From positions 49,457 through 113,456 of the forward strand of contig CABXDL010000001.1 of assembly GCA_902510995.1 (NCBI GenBank): a stretch of 64,000 nucleotides of DNA, written 5' to 3'. The number at the start of each line of letters is the position of its first letter. The first letter of the stretch is position 1. This stretch comes from an uncultured Candidatus Actinomarina sp. (GTDB taxonomy: Bacteria > Actinomycetota > Acidimicrobiia > Actinomarinales > Actinomarinaceae). Both the position numbers and the translations under genes were made by a program. Shown here one piece after another: positions 26,759-36,035 of the stretch. The notes beneath the pieces were generated by a model. It ran no database searches, was not told where the DNA came from, and saw only the letters and a list, made by a program, of their open reading frames with translations.

Positions 26759-27612
26759 CTTTCTCTTCCTTCGTTATTTAAAAAATCTTCAATCTGTTGA
26801 ACTAGGTTCTCTTCTGAGAAATTATCTTCAATATTTACTTCTGCTTCTTCTAATTTAGAGACATATTCTGCAAGATCTTTAGAATTTTCCATTGCTTTGT
26901 TAATTCGTACTTCAAACTGCTGACCTTCGGTTTGTATTCCGGTGTCATCAACTTCTATATCTAATATTTCGGCTGTTTTATTTAATAAAGCACTTATTCC
27001 TTTTGGATACCCTCCTGAGCTTAAGTAGTGAGGAACAGCAGCCCACAAACCAGAAGTTTCAATACCATTTTTTCTTAAATCATGGCCAACTACGCTTGTT
27101 ATCCCAGTTGGTCCAGAGTAGTTTGTAGATAATACATTAAATCTTGCATGAAAAGTAGGATCATCACTTACTCCAAATATTGGAACAGGAAGAGTATGAG
27201 CAACTTGACCAAAAAAGGCACCTAGTGTTACTGCTCTCTTCACTCCCAGGTCTAATAAAGTATTTGAAATATTTTCAGAGTAGTTTTTCCATTTCATTGA
27301 AGGCTCTTCTCCAAAAACCAAAATTAAATCATTTTTTAATTTGTAATCTTCTATTGAATAAAATGATGTTTGTGGCCAGTGAAATTCTCTTTGACCAATA
27401 TCTTTTACTTCTACTATTGGTCTTCTCATTTGGTAGTTGTAGAATCCTTCTGAATTTAATTCAGCAAATGGTTCAATATCAAAAGTTCCAGATAAATTTT
27501 CCACACAGCCACTAGCTGTATTACCTGCATCACTCCATCCTTCAAAAGCTAGAACAGCAACAGGCTCTGATAGTAATGGTTTTCTATACCAAATTACGTC
27601 ATCCATATCCAA
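26755..27612 (-). CDS. PAC2-family (proteasome assembly chaperone-like) protein
   Basis: AFEGW.DAG, RRP, G.EP..KW, Y.GPTGI, WAAVPHY, YV.KLE. Confidence 0.88.
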   Translation of the reverse strand: MDMDDVIWYRKPLLSEPVAVLAFEGWSDAGNTASGCVENLSGTFDIEPFAELNSEGFYNYQMRRPIVEVKDIGQREFHWPQTSFYSIEDYKLKNDLILVFGEEPSMKWKNYSENISNTLLDLGVKRAVTLGAFFGQVAHTLPVPIFGVSDDPTFHARFNVLSTNYSGPTGITSVVGHDLRKNGIETSGLWAAVPHYLSSGGYPKGISALLNKTAEILDIEVDDTGIQTEGQQFEVRINKAMENSKDLAEYVSKLEEAEVNIEDNFSEENLVQQIEDFLNNEGRES

Positions 27613-27649
27613 AGATTAACCTTTGTCAGGTTTTAATAAGAAAATATTT

Positions 27650-29695
27650 TTACAGATTTCTTGAGGAGTTAAACACAACTGAAATACTAGAAGCAGCCAT
27701 TGCTAACGCAGCCATATTTGGCGATATATTTCCCGTTATAGCAATTGGTATCATTGCTGTGTTATAAATAAAAGCTAAGAATAGATTCTGATTTATTCTT
27801 TTTTGAGATTTTTTTGCTAGATCAATTATGTCAATAATTTTAGATATATCGCCTTTATGAATAATTATGTCTCCAGCACTCTGTGCTATTTGGGTACTAT
27901 GTGAACTTGCTATCCCTACATCAGCTTGTTTCAAAGCAGGCGAATCATTAATTCCATCTCCCACAAATGCAACCGTATTGTTTATTTGTTTTTCTTTTAC
28001 ATATTGAACTTTATCTTCAGGCATCTGACTTCCAATAGATTCCGAAACTCCTAAAGATTTTCCAAAATCCTGAACTTTTTTACTACTATCTCCTGATAAG
28101 ATTGAAACTTCGTAACTATCTGAAAGAGTATTTATAAATTGAGAATTAATCCTGACTTCTTCTTCTAGTTCTATAGAAAACATATTTTCATTTATCTTTA
28201 CATCCAAGATAGTTAAAGTACCCTCATTTACGGAAGCTTTTTTTATAGATACTTTTTTCTCATTTACTTTTCCTTCAACACCAACTCCTTCTTTTTCGAT
28301 GAAATTCTCTACTTCAAATAGGGGTATATTTTTATTTTCTGCTTCAAGCAATATACTTTTTGCAATTGGGTGGTTGGACTTTTGTTCTAGGCTTGCTATA
28401 TATTGCAATACTAAATCTGTGCTTCCTCCGTTTTTAGGGATAATTGCTTTAATCTTAAAAACACCAGTTGTTATTGTTCCAGTTTTATCAAATATAATGG
28501 TTGTCACTTTTGTAAGCTTTTGTAAGTAATCAAAATTTTTAAATATAAAACCTTTTTTATTGGATATAGAAGCTGACCTAAAAAGGACTATTGGAATTGC
28601 TAAACCTAAAGCGCAAGGGCATGCAATAACAAGAATAGATATAGTTATCTTTAATGCTACAAAAGTTTCTTGCTCAAAATAAATTAACCTCATGAAAAAA
28701 GTGAACAAACTAATAATAAGTACAGTAGGTACAAAAATTTGAGTCACTTTATCTATATTTTTTTGAACGGAGGGCTTTGTTGTTTGAGCTTTAAATATCA
28801 TATCTTCAATTAAATTAAAAGTCGTTTCACCACTTATTTTTGATACTTTTATTTTTATTTCGCCAGTAAGATTTATTGTCCCCGCTATAACTAAGCTATC
28901 TTTATTTTTTTCAACAGGAACTGATTCACCTGTAATAATACTTTCGTCAATAGTTGATGCTCCTGTTTGTATATGGCCGTCTAAAGGTATAACTTCTCCT
29001 GGAAGAACAACTATTTCTTCATCTTTTGATATTTCATCTATATTTTTCATTACGTATTCCCCGTTATAAACTCTTACATCTTTAGGGATTAGCTCTAAAA
29101 GGGCTTCAGATATTTCTACCGAAGATTTAATTGATACTTCTTCAATAGTTTTTCCAATTAATATAAATGAAACAATATACGCACCTGTTTCAAGAAACAT
29201 TAAGGGTTGTTTTGTTGATAATATGGCAAAAATGAAAGAAGAAAGACTACCAATTGAAATCAAGGTATCCATATTAAAGCTAAGTCTCATTAGATTCTTT
29301 ATTGCAGATATGTGAAATTTATAGCCAAACACAAAAATTACAACTATAGCGATACTGATTGCTTGAATTGTAAAACCATTCTCAATAAAAAGTGGTTTTA
29401 GAAGTATTGTTAGTATTAAAGATAGAACAGGTTTAATAAATTTTGTTACTTTCTTTTCGTCAACAATGTTTTCTTCGAATACAACTGCTGAATAGCCAAT
29501 TGATTTAATTTTTTTAATAACCTTATTCGTATCAATAGATTCATGAAACTCTACAATAGCTTTTTTCAATGGGAAATTAACTACCGCAGTTTTTATTGAA
29601 GCTTCTTTATCTAAGACTCTCTCAATTCTTGATGCACAGGCAGCACAGGTCATTCCCTCAATTGAGAGAGTTAGAGGCTTCCCTTCATTCGACAA
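27650..29695 (-). CDS. copA: Cu(I)-type P1B ATPase
   Basis: GMTCAAC, TGES, CPC, DKTGT, HP, GDGIND, YN and MAASS; start uncertain (TTG 29695 or 29716). Confidence 0.92.
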   Translation of the reverse strand: MSNEGKPLTLSIEGMTCAACASRIERVLDKEASIKTAVVNFPLKKAIVEFHESIDTNKVIKKIKSIGYSAVVFEENIVDEKKVTKFIKPVLSLILTILLKPLFIENGFTIQAISIAIVVIFVFGYKFHISAIKNLMRLSFNMDTLISIGSLSSFIFAILSTKQPLMFLETGAYIVSFILIGKTIEEVSIKSSVEISEALLELIPKDVRVYNGEYVMKNIDEISKDEEIVVLPGEVIPLDGHIQTGASTIDESIITGESVPVEKNKDSLVIAGTINLTGEIKIKVSKISGETTFNLIEDMIFKAQTTKPSVQKNIDKVTQIFVPTVLIISLFTFFMRLIYFEQETFVALKITISILVIACPCALGLAIPIVLFRSASISNKKGFIFKNFDYLQKLTKVTTIIFDKTGTITTGVFKIKAIIPKNGGSTDLVLQYIASLEQKSNHPIAKSILLEAENKNIPLFEVENFIEKEGVGVEGKVNEKKVSIKKASVNEGTLTILDVKINENMFSIELEEEVRINSQFINTLSDSYEVSILSGDSSKKVQDFGKSLGVSESIGSQMPEDKVQYVKEKQINNTVAFVGDGINDSPALKQADVGIASSHSTQIAQSAGDIIIHKGDISKIIDIIDLAKKSQKRINQNLFLAFIYNTAMIPIAITGNISPNMAALAMAASSISVVFNSSRNL

Positions 29696-29888
29696 CTGTG
29701 TAACCATGATCGTCAAGCAATGTTCCTATTGCACTGATTGAGACTTCGGTATCTGAATTTATTAATACTTCTTTTTTTTCAATATCTACAAAAGCAGAAA
29801 TTATATTATTTTCATTATTAAGAATTGTTTCAATTGTATTTTTACAATGTTCACAACTTATTTCAGGTACTTTAAATTTTAATTCCAT
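29685..29888 (-). CDS. copZ: Copper chaperone (HMA domain)
   Basis: ISCEHC, C-terminal GY, overlaps copA. Confidence 0.88.
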   Translation of the reverse strand: MELKFKVPEISCEHCKNTIETILNNENNIISAFVDIEKKEVLINSDTEVSISAIGTLLDDHGYTVVE

Positions 29889-29953
29889 ATAGTAATGATA
29901 ATAATTAAAGACTTATATTGAGAATTCTTATTTTTTTAGTCGAGTTGAGATAC

Positions 29954-30148
29954 TTAAGCTGTTTCTTGAAGTATTCTTCCTCTAACTCTTGGATACTTAA
30001 CTGGAGCATGATTAAAACAATTATTTCTCTTGTTATAAATACTCAATTTTGTATCGCAAGACTCATCGTTACAAGTACGACCCTGTTCAAAACTTTTTGA
30101 TGGCCTAATGCCACCTTTTATTTGACTAGCTTTTAGTCCGTCAGTCAT
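29954..30148 (-). CDS. Small basic C-x4-C-x12-C-x2-H protein, paralog A
   Basis: SD-like GGGAAG upstream; 32/63 identities in an ungapped manual alignment to ORF 51948..52139. Confidence 0.85.
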   Translation of the reverse strand: MTDGLKASQIKGGIRPSKSFEQGRTCNDESCDTKLSIYNKRNNCFNHAPVKYPRVRGRILQETA

Positions 30149-30162
30149 TTCTTCCCTTTACT

Positions 30163-30180
30163 TTGTGAATATATTCACAA
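30163..30180. promoter_or_regulatory. Perfect palindromic operator matching Rex (TTGTGAA-N4-TTCACAA) and CRP (TGTGA-N6-TCACA) consensus
   Basis: TTGTGAATATATTCACAA; abuts a minus-strand promoter TTGCAT(30208-30203)-N17-TAATCT(30185-30180). Confidence 0.75.
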
Positions 30181-30255
30181 GATTAACAACTTTACTTGTA
30201 GCATGCAAGCTTTTACAAAACTTTATATTTACTCTTCTTGTGATAGTATTTCATT

Positions 30256-30492
30256 ATGGAAATCAAACTAGAATTCTGTGTAGTCTGAAACTACACACCC
30301 CGTGCAGTTAGTACGGTTGAAGACATTTTAGAAAAATATGGTCAAGAAGTGAAATCTATCGACTTAATACCTACTACAGGTGGCAAATTTGAATTTTATT
30401 TAAATGGTGATTTGCTCTATTCAAAAATAGAAACAGATAGACACACTGAAGACGGAGAGATACTAGGTTTAATCGAAAAAGCGCTTAGTTGA
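30256..30492 (+). CDS. SelW/SelT/Rdx-family selenoprotein (CxxU), absent from ORF track
   Basis: MEIKLEFCVV-TGA(30286)-NYTPRA...LIPTTGGKFEF..NG.L.YSK...RH; 78 aa if UGA is read as Sec; hairpin downstream of UGA. Confidence 0.9.
30300..30316 (+). promoter_or_regulatory. Candidate bacterial SECIS hairpin
   Basis: CCGUGC-AGUUA-GUACGG; loop begins 17 nt after the UGA with G at loop position 2. Confidence 0.7.
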
Positions 30493-31223
30493 ACATTCCA
30501 TTCGACTTAACAATATTTGAACTAGTCTTTATTGCATCTTTGTTATTTATTGCATCATCCATACAAGGACTTTTAGGCTATGGTTTTGCTGTAATATCTT
30601 CTCCAATTCTTGTCCAAATAGATCCTGTACTTGTCCCAGCTTTACTTAGCTTATTAGCTTTTCCCTTAACGATAAAAATATTTAGAAGAGAACGATCACA
30701 GGTTATATGGTCTCCAATGAAGTATTTATTAATTGGAAGGCTCGTTGGAGGTCCTTTAGGACTACTTTGTTTAATCTATTTAGATCAAAGAATCTTATCA
30801 ATAACTGTTGGTGCGATAGTTTTATTTGCTGGTCTTGCTTCTTATTTTGGCTGGACTTTAGAAAGGAATTTTAGGAATTCATTTAATGCAGGAATGTTTT
30901 CAGGCATTTTTGCAATGATTGCAGGTGTTGGAGGACCTCCTGTAGCAATATTATATAGAGATACAAAAGGGAAAGAATTTAGACCATCTTTGAATGCAGT
31001 TTTTACATTCGGGATACTTATTACATTAACTCTTTTACTAATAGATGGTCGAATATATCAAGATCACTTTTTTTTGTTTTTATATATGATTATTCCAACA
31101 TTTCTTGGAATAAGCCTCTCGTCTAAATTATTCATGAAGGTTTCAGACAAAGTAATTTCTAATGGAGTTATTTGGTTTTCAATCATTTCAGGATTAGTTG
31201 TTATATCTAGAAATATTTTTTAA
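30489..31223 (+). CDS. TauE/SafE (TSUP) family transporter
   Basis: QGLLGYGF, GR.VG.PLG, GVGGPP, about 8 TM helices. Confidence 0.85.
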   Translation: MNIPFDLTIFELVFIASLLFIASSIQGLLGYGFAVISSPILVQIDPVLVPALLSLLAFPLTIKIFRRERSQVIWSPMKYLLIGRLVGGPLGLLCLIYLDQRILSITVGAIVLFAGLASYFGWTLERNFRNSFNAGMFSGIFAMIAGVGGPPVAILYRDTKGKEFRPSLNAVFTFGILITLTLLLIDGRIYQDHFFLFLYMIIPTFLGISLSSKLFMKVSDKVISNGVIWFSIISGLVVISRNIF

Positions 31224-31260
31224 TTTATTTCGTTATCTGTAATTACTAAGATATGAGCAT

Positions 31261-32841
31261 ATGTTAATTTCATCATTACTTTCTGGAGTCTTGTACTTTT
31301 TGAGCTTTCCTCCTTTTGGTTATTCGTATTTGATATTTCCTGCTTTATCGATTTTCTTCGGAGCAGCTCTAAGAAGCAAAAAGTCTTTTTTATCAGGGTT
31401 TATATTTGGCTCTGTTTCGTATGGAGTTATTTTGTTTGGTATTCAATCAATAGGTTACGAAGCCTGGATCCCGTTAACGATATTAATGGGATTAATGTAT
31501 GGAGTTTTTGGAAAAACACTTTCCTATTTTGGATTTAAAACAGATAATAATTTTTTCATTTTGGTAGCGGTGATTAGTGCATTTGATTTAATAAGAGCTT
31601 ATTTTCCATTTGGAGGCTTTCCTTGGGGGTATCCCTCAACTGTTTTAATAGATTTTATTCAACAACCATTTAAAATATTTGGACCAATAGGATTTTCGCT
31701 CGTTATTCAATCTATAGTTTTATCTTTGGTTTTAAACTTTATAACTTCTTTCAAAAATAAAAAATATGAATATGACAGACAATCATTTTTAAGGGGTAGA
31801 AATATTTTAGTTTTTCTATTAATTATGTCTTTTGTTTATGAGATCGGATTTGCTGCAGAAGGAGAAGTAAGAAAAGGAGATGTAGAGCAAGGGGATATTG
31901 AGATTTCAATAATTCAAGGAAACAGCCCATGTCCTGGAGCAAAGAATAGATGTGAAAATGAGAGACAAAGGATTTATGAAAGTCATTTGAATTTAACTAA
32001 GTCATTAAGCAAAGAACAGTTATTTACTTATGAAGCACTAGAAGAGGAATTAATAAAACCTCGATTAATTGTTTGGCCAGAGAGTTCAAGCGGTTTTGGA
32101 AATGATCCAGGAATTAGTGCAAAAACATTAGATGAGATATCTCAGGAAGTAAAAAGACTTAATGCTTCTTTTTTGATTGGAGGAGACAGGCCTGTCGACT
32201 CAAGTTATTTTGAAAATTATGGAATTTATATTGATGAAAAAGGAAAAATAGCAGGTGAGTATTTAAAACAACACCCAGTACCATTTGGAGAATATATTCC
32301 TTTTAGGAAGTATTTAGACTGGATACCTCCTCTTTCTTTAGTTCCAAGAGATATGATTCGTGGGAATGGTCAGGAGATATTTTCTATTGGTAAAAATAAT
32401 ATAAAAATTTCATCTGTAATTTCTTTTGAAGGTTCGTTTGAAAGATATATAAGGAGAAGTGTCCAAGAAGGAGCAGAGGTTATTGTTATTTTGACAAATC
32501 AAGCAAGCTATGGAGAAAGCGGGATGTCTGATCAGTTCATTCTTATGTCTAGAGCTAATGCTGTTTCGAATCATCGTGATATTGTTCATGCTGCAATAAC
32601 AGGTAAGTCAGCTTTTATTAGTGGGTTTGATGGCAAAGTTTATTCTTCAACTGAATTATTCACAAATGCTGTTTCTACTAGAAGACTTATTGCATATACT
32701 AACTCCACCCCTTATTCACTTTGGGGAAATTATTTAAATTATATAATGATTGCAATAGGTTTTATTATTTACTCTTTTCCAAAGAAAAAGACTTCAACCT
32801 GGAATAATCACCATATTCAGAATCATATCTCTTGGAACTAA
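31261..32841 (+). CDS. lnt: Apolipoprotein N-acyltransferase, Ser at the catalytic Cys position
   Basis: FGGFPWG, QGN, VWPES, K.H.VPFGEY, ISFE, TG.SA. Confidence 0.9.
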   Translation: MLISSLLSGVLYFLSFPPFGYSYLIFPALSIFFGAALRSKKSFLSGFIFGSVSYGVILFGIQSIGYEAWIPLTILMGLMYGVFGKTLSYFGFKTDNNFFILVAVISAFDLIRAYFPFGGFPWGYPSTVLIDFIQQPFKIFGPIGFSLVIQSIVLSLVLNFITSFKNKKYEYDRQSFLRGRNILVFLLIMSFVYEIGFAAEGEVRKGDVEQGDIEISIIQGNSPCPGAKNRCENERQRIYESHLNLTKSLSKEQLFTYEALEEELIKPRLIVWPESSSGFGNDPGISAKTLDEISQEVKRLNASFLIGGDRPVDSSYFENYGIYIDEKGKIAGEYLKQHPVPFGEYIPFRKYLDWIPPLSLVPRDMIRGNGQEIFSIGKNNIKISSVISFEGSFERYIRRSVQEGAEVIVILTNQASYGESGMSDQFILMSRANAVSNHRDIVHAAITGKSAFISGFDGKVYSSTELFTNAVSTRRLIAYTNSTPYSLWGNYLNYIMIAIGFIIYSFPKKKTSTWNNHHIQNHISWN

Positions 32842-32859
32842 AGAAAGAGCAAAATAAGT

Positions 32860-34053
32860 CTATATTTCAGGTTCGTTAATAGAAAGGCCTCTTGAAGCAG
32901 CAGCTTCTACTGTACCACCTTGGAAAGCTCTTAATCCAAATTTAGGCAAAACAGCAAAAATATGGTCAAAAATATCAGATTGAATACCTTCATACTCAAC
33001 CCAATCAATTGTATTTGTAAATGTATAGATCTCTAAAGGAACACCTTCAGAAGTTGGGGAGAGCTGCCTAACTATTAAAGTCATGCTTTCAGTATTAAGA
33101 TCATTATGATTTTTTAGATAGCTTACAAGATACGCTCTCAAGGTTCCTAGATTAGTAAGTCTTCTTTTTTCTTTTTCTTCATCTACTGAATTATTGTAAT
33201 TTTCAATGTCATTTATTTTTTCAGACAAGTATTTATTTATTGATGGAAGTTGTTTCAATTTATCAATATCTTTTTCTTCCATAAACCTAACACTAGATAT
33301 ATCAATCAAGATAGATCTTTTTATTCTTCTCCCTCCATAATCTGACATACCTCGCCAGTTTTTTACTGAACTAGTAACTATTTTTGAAGTTGGAATAGTT
33401 GTTATTGTTTTATCCCAATTTTGAACCTTTACAGTATGGAGTGAGATATCTATTACATCTCCATCAGCTCCATACTCAGGAACTTCAATCCAATCATCTA
33501 AATTTATAATGTCATTTTGCCCAATTTGAACTGAAGCAACAAATGAAAGTATTGTGTCTTGAAAAACTAATAGAAGTATTGCAGTAATAGCACCAAGTCC
33601 ACTTATGTAATAAGCTACTGACTGGCCTGTTCCAATAGCAAATATTATTATCACGATAAAAGCATTGAGTACAATTTTTACTATTTGTATGTAGCCCTTA
33701 ATTGGCTTGTCTTTCAATGCTTCGTAATGTGTAGAAATTTTATTTATTAAAGTTAAAAACTCTGAGATACTTAGACCTATAAAAATAGCTAAAAGAATAT
33801 TAATTATTCTATCTGAAAAACTATCGAAATATGGCAAACCAACACTTGTCTCCATATACACTTTTAATGAAGAAAATACTATTACAAGAGAAAATCTATT
33901 CAAAAACTTTTTGTCTAATAGAATATCATCGAGAATAGTGGTTGTTTTTTTTGCTAAAAACTTTATTCCTGGGAAGAATGCATATCTGCAGAGAGCGTAT
34001 ACTGCGAAACCTATCCCAAAAAAATATAATATTGTTAATAGTTCTTCATTCAT
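32860..34053 (-). CDS. MscS-family mechanosensitive channel (YbdG-like)
   Basis: FQDTIL..VAS, DWIE, ADGDV, VKVQNWDKT, GGRRIKR, QSDIFDH. Confidence 0.92.
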   Translation of the reverse strand: MNEELLTILYFFGIGFAVYALCRYAFFPGIKFLAKKTTTILDDILLDKKFLNRFSLVIVFSSLKVYMETSVGLPYFDSFSDRIINILLAIFIGLSISEFLTLINKISTHYEALKDKPIKGYIQIVKIVLNAFIVIIIFAIGTGQSVAYYISGLGAITAILLLVFQDTILSFVASVQIGQNDIINLDDWIEVPEYGADGDVIDISLHTVKVQNWDKTITTIPTSKIVTSSVKNWRGMSDYGGRRIKRSILIDISSVRFMEEKDIDKLKQLPSINKYLSEKINDIENYNNSVDEEKEKRRLTNLGTLRAYLVSYLKNHNDLNTESMTLIVRQLSPTSEGVPLEIYTFTNTIDWVEYEGIQSDIFDHIFAVLPKFGLRAFQGGTVEAAASRGLSINEPEI

Positions 34054-34072
34054 AATTTTAATTTTACTACTT

Positions 34073-34783
34073 TTAGAATCCTGATTGTTGGCTTGACCAA
34101 GGAGGAGGTGTTTTATTTAAGAACTCATCTACGCTAGGACCACCAAGTTTTAATAACCTCCTCTGTCCATATATATATGTCACAACAAGAAGAAATATAG
34201 TTGTTTGATTAGATGTTGCTAATTTAATAACTGCAAGTATTTCAGGCGAATTAAAGAAATATAGCTGCATTAAACCCTTAATACCTAGAAAAACAACCCA
34301 TATAATGGCAACTTCTCTATACGCTGGCTTTACATTTTTGTGTAAAAACCAATCTAAAGGCCAACCTCTTATTGATTTTGATGTGTATATTGTAAAAGGC
34401 CTTCCAAACAAAATAGAGAAAAAACCAATTGCTGCAACGCTTAAGTCTCTAATTATTCCTGGAAGAAAAAATCCAGATGCAGAACCTTGAATTTGAGCAA
34501 TCAAAAGTGCAATCGATGTACCAGCAAGACCAATCAAAGAGTTCTTTAATGATTCTTTTCTAAAGATTCTATATGAGAATGTAATCACTATAAGTGCTAC
34601 AGTTAACAAAATTGAAGTTTGTAATTCTTGAAATCTTGAAATTGTTACAAAAAAAACAGGTGCAAGAATAGCATCAATAAAATTTTCATTTGCTATGGGC
34701 AAGTCTCGATAGTCTTTTTTTATAGCTTCAAATTTTTTTTTGAAAGAGTTAAACAATTTAAAGTTCTTTAAGCTTCTTTTCAA
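34073..34783 (-). CDS. DUF3159-family membrane protein
   Basis: G.A.GFFLPG, SI...RP, AY......W pattern. Confidence 0.7.
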   Translation of the reverse strand: MKRSLKNFKLFNSFKKKFEAIKKDYRDLPIANENFIDAILAPVFFVTISRFQELQTSILLTVALIVITFSYRIFRKESLKNSLIGLAGTSIALLIAQIQGSASGFFLPGIIRDLSVAAIGFFSILFGRPFTIYTSKSIRGWPLDWFLHKNVKPAYREVAIIWVVFLGIKGLMQLYFFNSPEILAVIKLATSNQTTIFLLVVTYIYGQRRLLKLGGPSVDEFLNKTPPPWSSQQSGF

Positions 34784-36035
34784 TTATTTTAGAATCTATA
34801 TTTGTTGTTAAGTTAAAACAGTTTTCAATTTCATCTTTTGATATATCATCAAATTCTGACAAAGTAGATTCAATAATTGCATCTATAGAAAAATTATTTT
34901 GTGTAATATTTTGAACAAACTTATAACCTTGATCACGTGAATTACCTTTACTCACAATTAATGAAAGAAGTTTTTGAGATCCAAGTTTTGTTTTTGCAGA
35001 ATTTAAGTTTGATTCAATATTCTTATGATTAATAACAAGGTCATTAATAATATTAATCAAGTCTCTTGTCATAAAATCAATCAATTTAAATGTATCCGGA
35101 AGAATAATTCTTTCAACCGAAGAATTTGATATATCTCTTTCATGCCAAAGTGCCATAGTCTCGTAACTTGCTTGTGTATTTCCTCTAACCACTCTTGCTA
35201 GTCCACAGATTCTTTCAGAACCAATTGGGTTTTTTTTATGTGGCATTGCTGAAGAGCCTTTTTGTCCTTCCTGGAATGATTCAAACATTTCATTAACTTC
35301 AGATCTTTGATAGTGTCTAATATTTGTTGCAATTCTTTCATATGTACCAGCAATTATTGAAAAACTCGAAAATAAATCTGCATACCTGTCCCTACTAACT
35401 ACCTGTGAAGCAAGGGGCTCTGATTTTAGAGACAGATTTTCAAGAATTTTACTTTCTAGTTCTTCAGAAATTAGAGAATGATTACCGACAGCCCCACTAA
35501 TTTTTCCATAACTAATTATTTCTAAACTTGAATTTAATCTACTCAAACCTCTTGAAACTTCAAGACACCAATTTCCAAATATACTACCTAAAGTTGTAGG
35601 TTCAGCATAAACACCGTGGGTTCTGCCAATAATAATTGTTTCAGATTCACTTATTGCTTTATTTTTTAATGAATTTACTAGTTCACTTATTTTTTCAGAG
35701 AGAACCTTAATTGAGTCTCTAATTAATAAAGCATTTGCAGTATCAACAATATCTGAACTAGTTAATCCATAATGTATCCAATTAGAGTCATTTTTTACCT
35801 TACTTTGTAATACATCTACAAAAGCAGCCAAATCATGGTTTGTAACAGCCTCTCTTTCTAAGACTTCATTATGAGATACAGAAACTTCCTTTAGTTGTTT
35901 AGACAGTCCCTTTGGAGTAATTTCTTCTTTTTCAAGTACTTCAATTACTGCTTTTTCAACATCTACCCATTTCGCTACTTTATTGTCCTCACTCCAAATC
36001 GAGGACATTTCTTCGGAAGAATATCTTTCTATCAT
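34758..36035 (-). CDS. purB: Adenylosuccinate lyase
   Basis: MIERY, HYGLTSSD, GRTHG, GSSAMPHKKNP, HERDIS.SS.ER. Confidence 0.96.
   Translation of the reverse strand: MIERYSSEEMSSIWSEDNKVAKWVDVEKAVIEVLEKEEITPKGLSKQLKEVSVSHNEVLEREAVTNHDLAAFVDVLQSKVKNDSNWIHYGLTSSDIVDTANALLIRDSIKVLSEKISELVNSLKNKAISESETIIIGRTHGVYAEPTTLGSIFGNWCLEVSRGLSRLNSSLEIISYGKISGAVGNHSLISEELESKILENLSLKSEPLASQVVSRDRYADLFSSFSIIAGTYERIATNIRHYQRSEVNEMFESFQEGQKGSSAMPHKKNPIGSERICGLARVVRGNTQASYETMALWHERDISNSSVERIILPDTFKLIDFMTRDLINIINDLVINHKNIESNLNSAKTKLGSQKLLSLIVSKGNSRDQGYKFVQNITQNNFSIDAIIESTLSEFDDISKDEIENCFNLTTNIDSKIIEKKLKEL

Noticed and set aside
29685..30148. Mini-protein A as an obligatory first gene of the copZA operon
   Set aside because: copZ has its own leaderless-type -10 (TATCAT, 6 nt, ATG) and a 65-nt gap; co-transcription is unproven.
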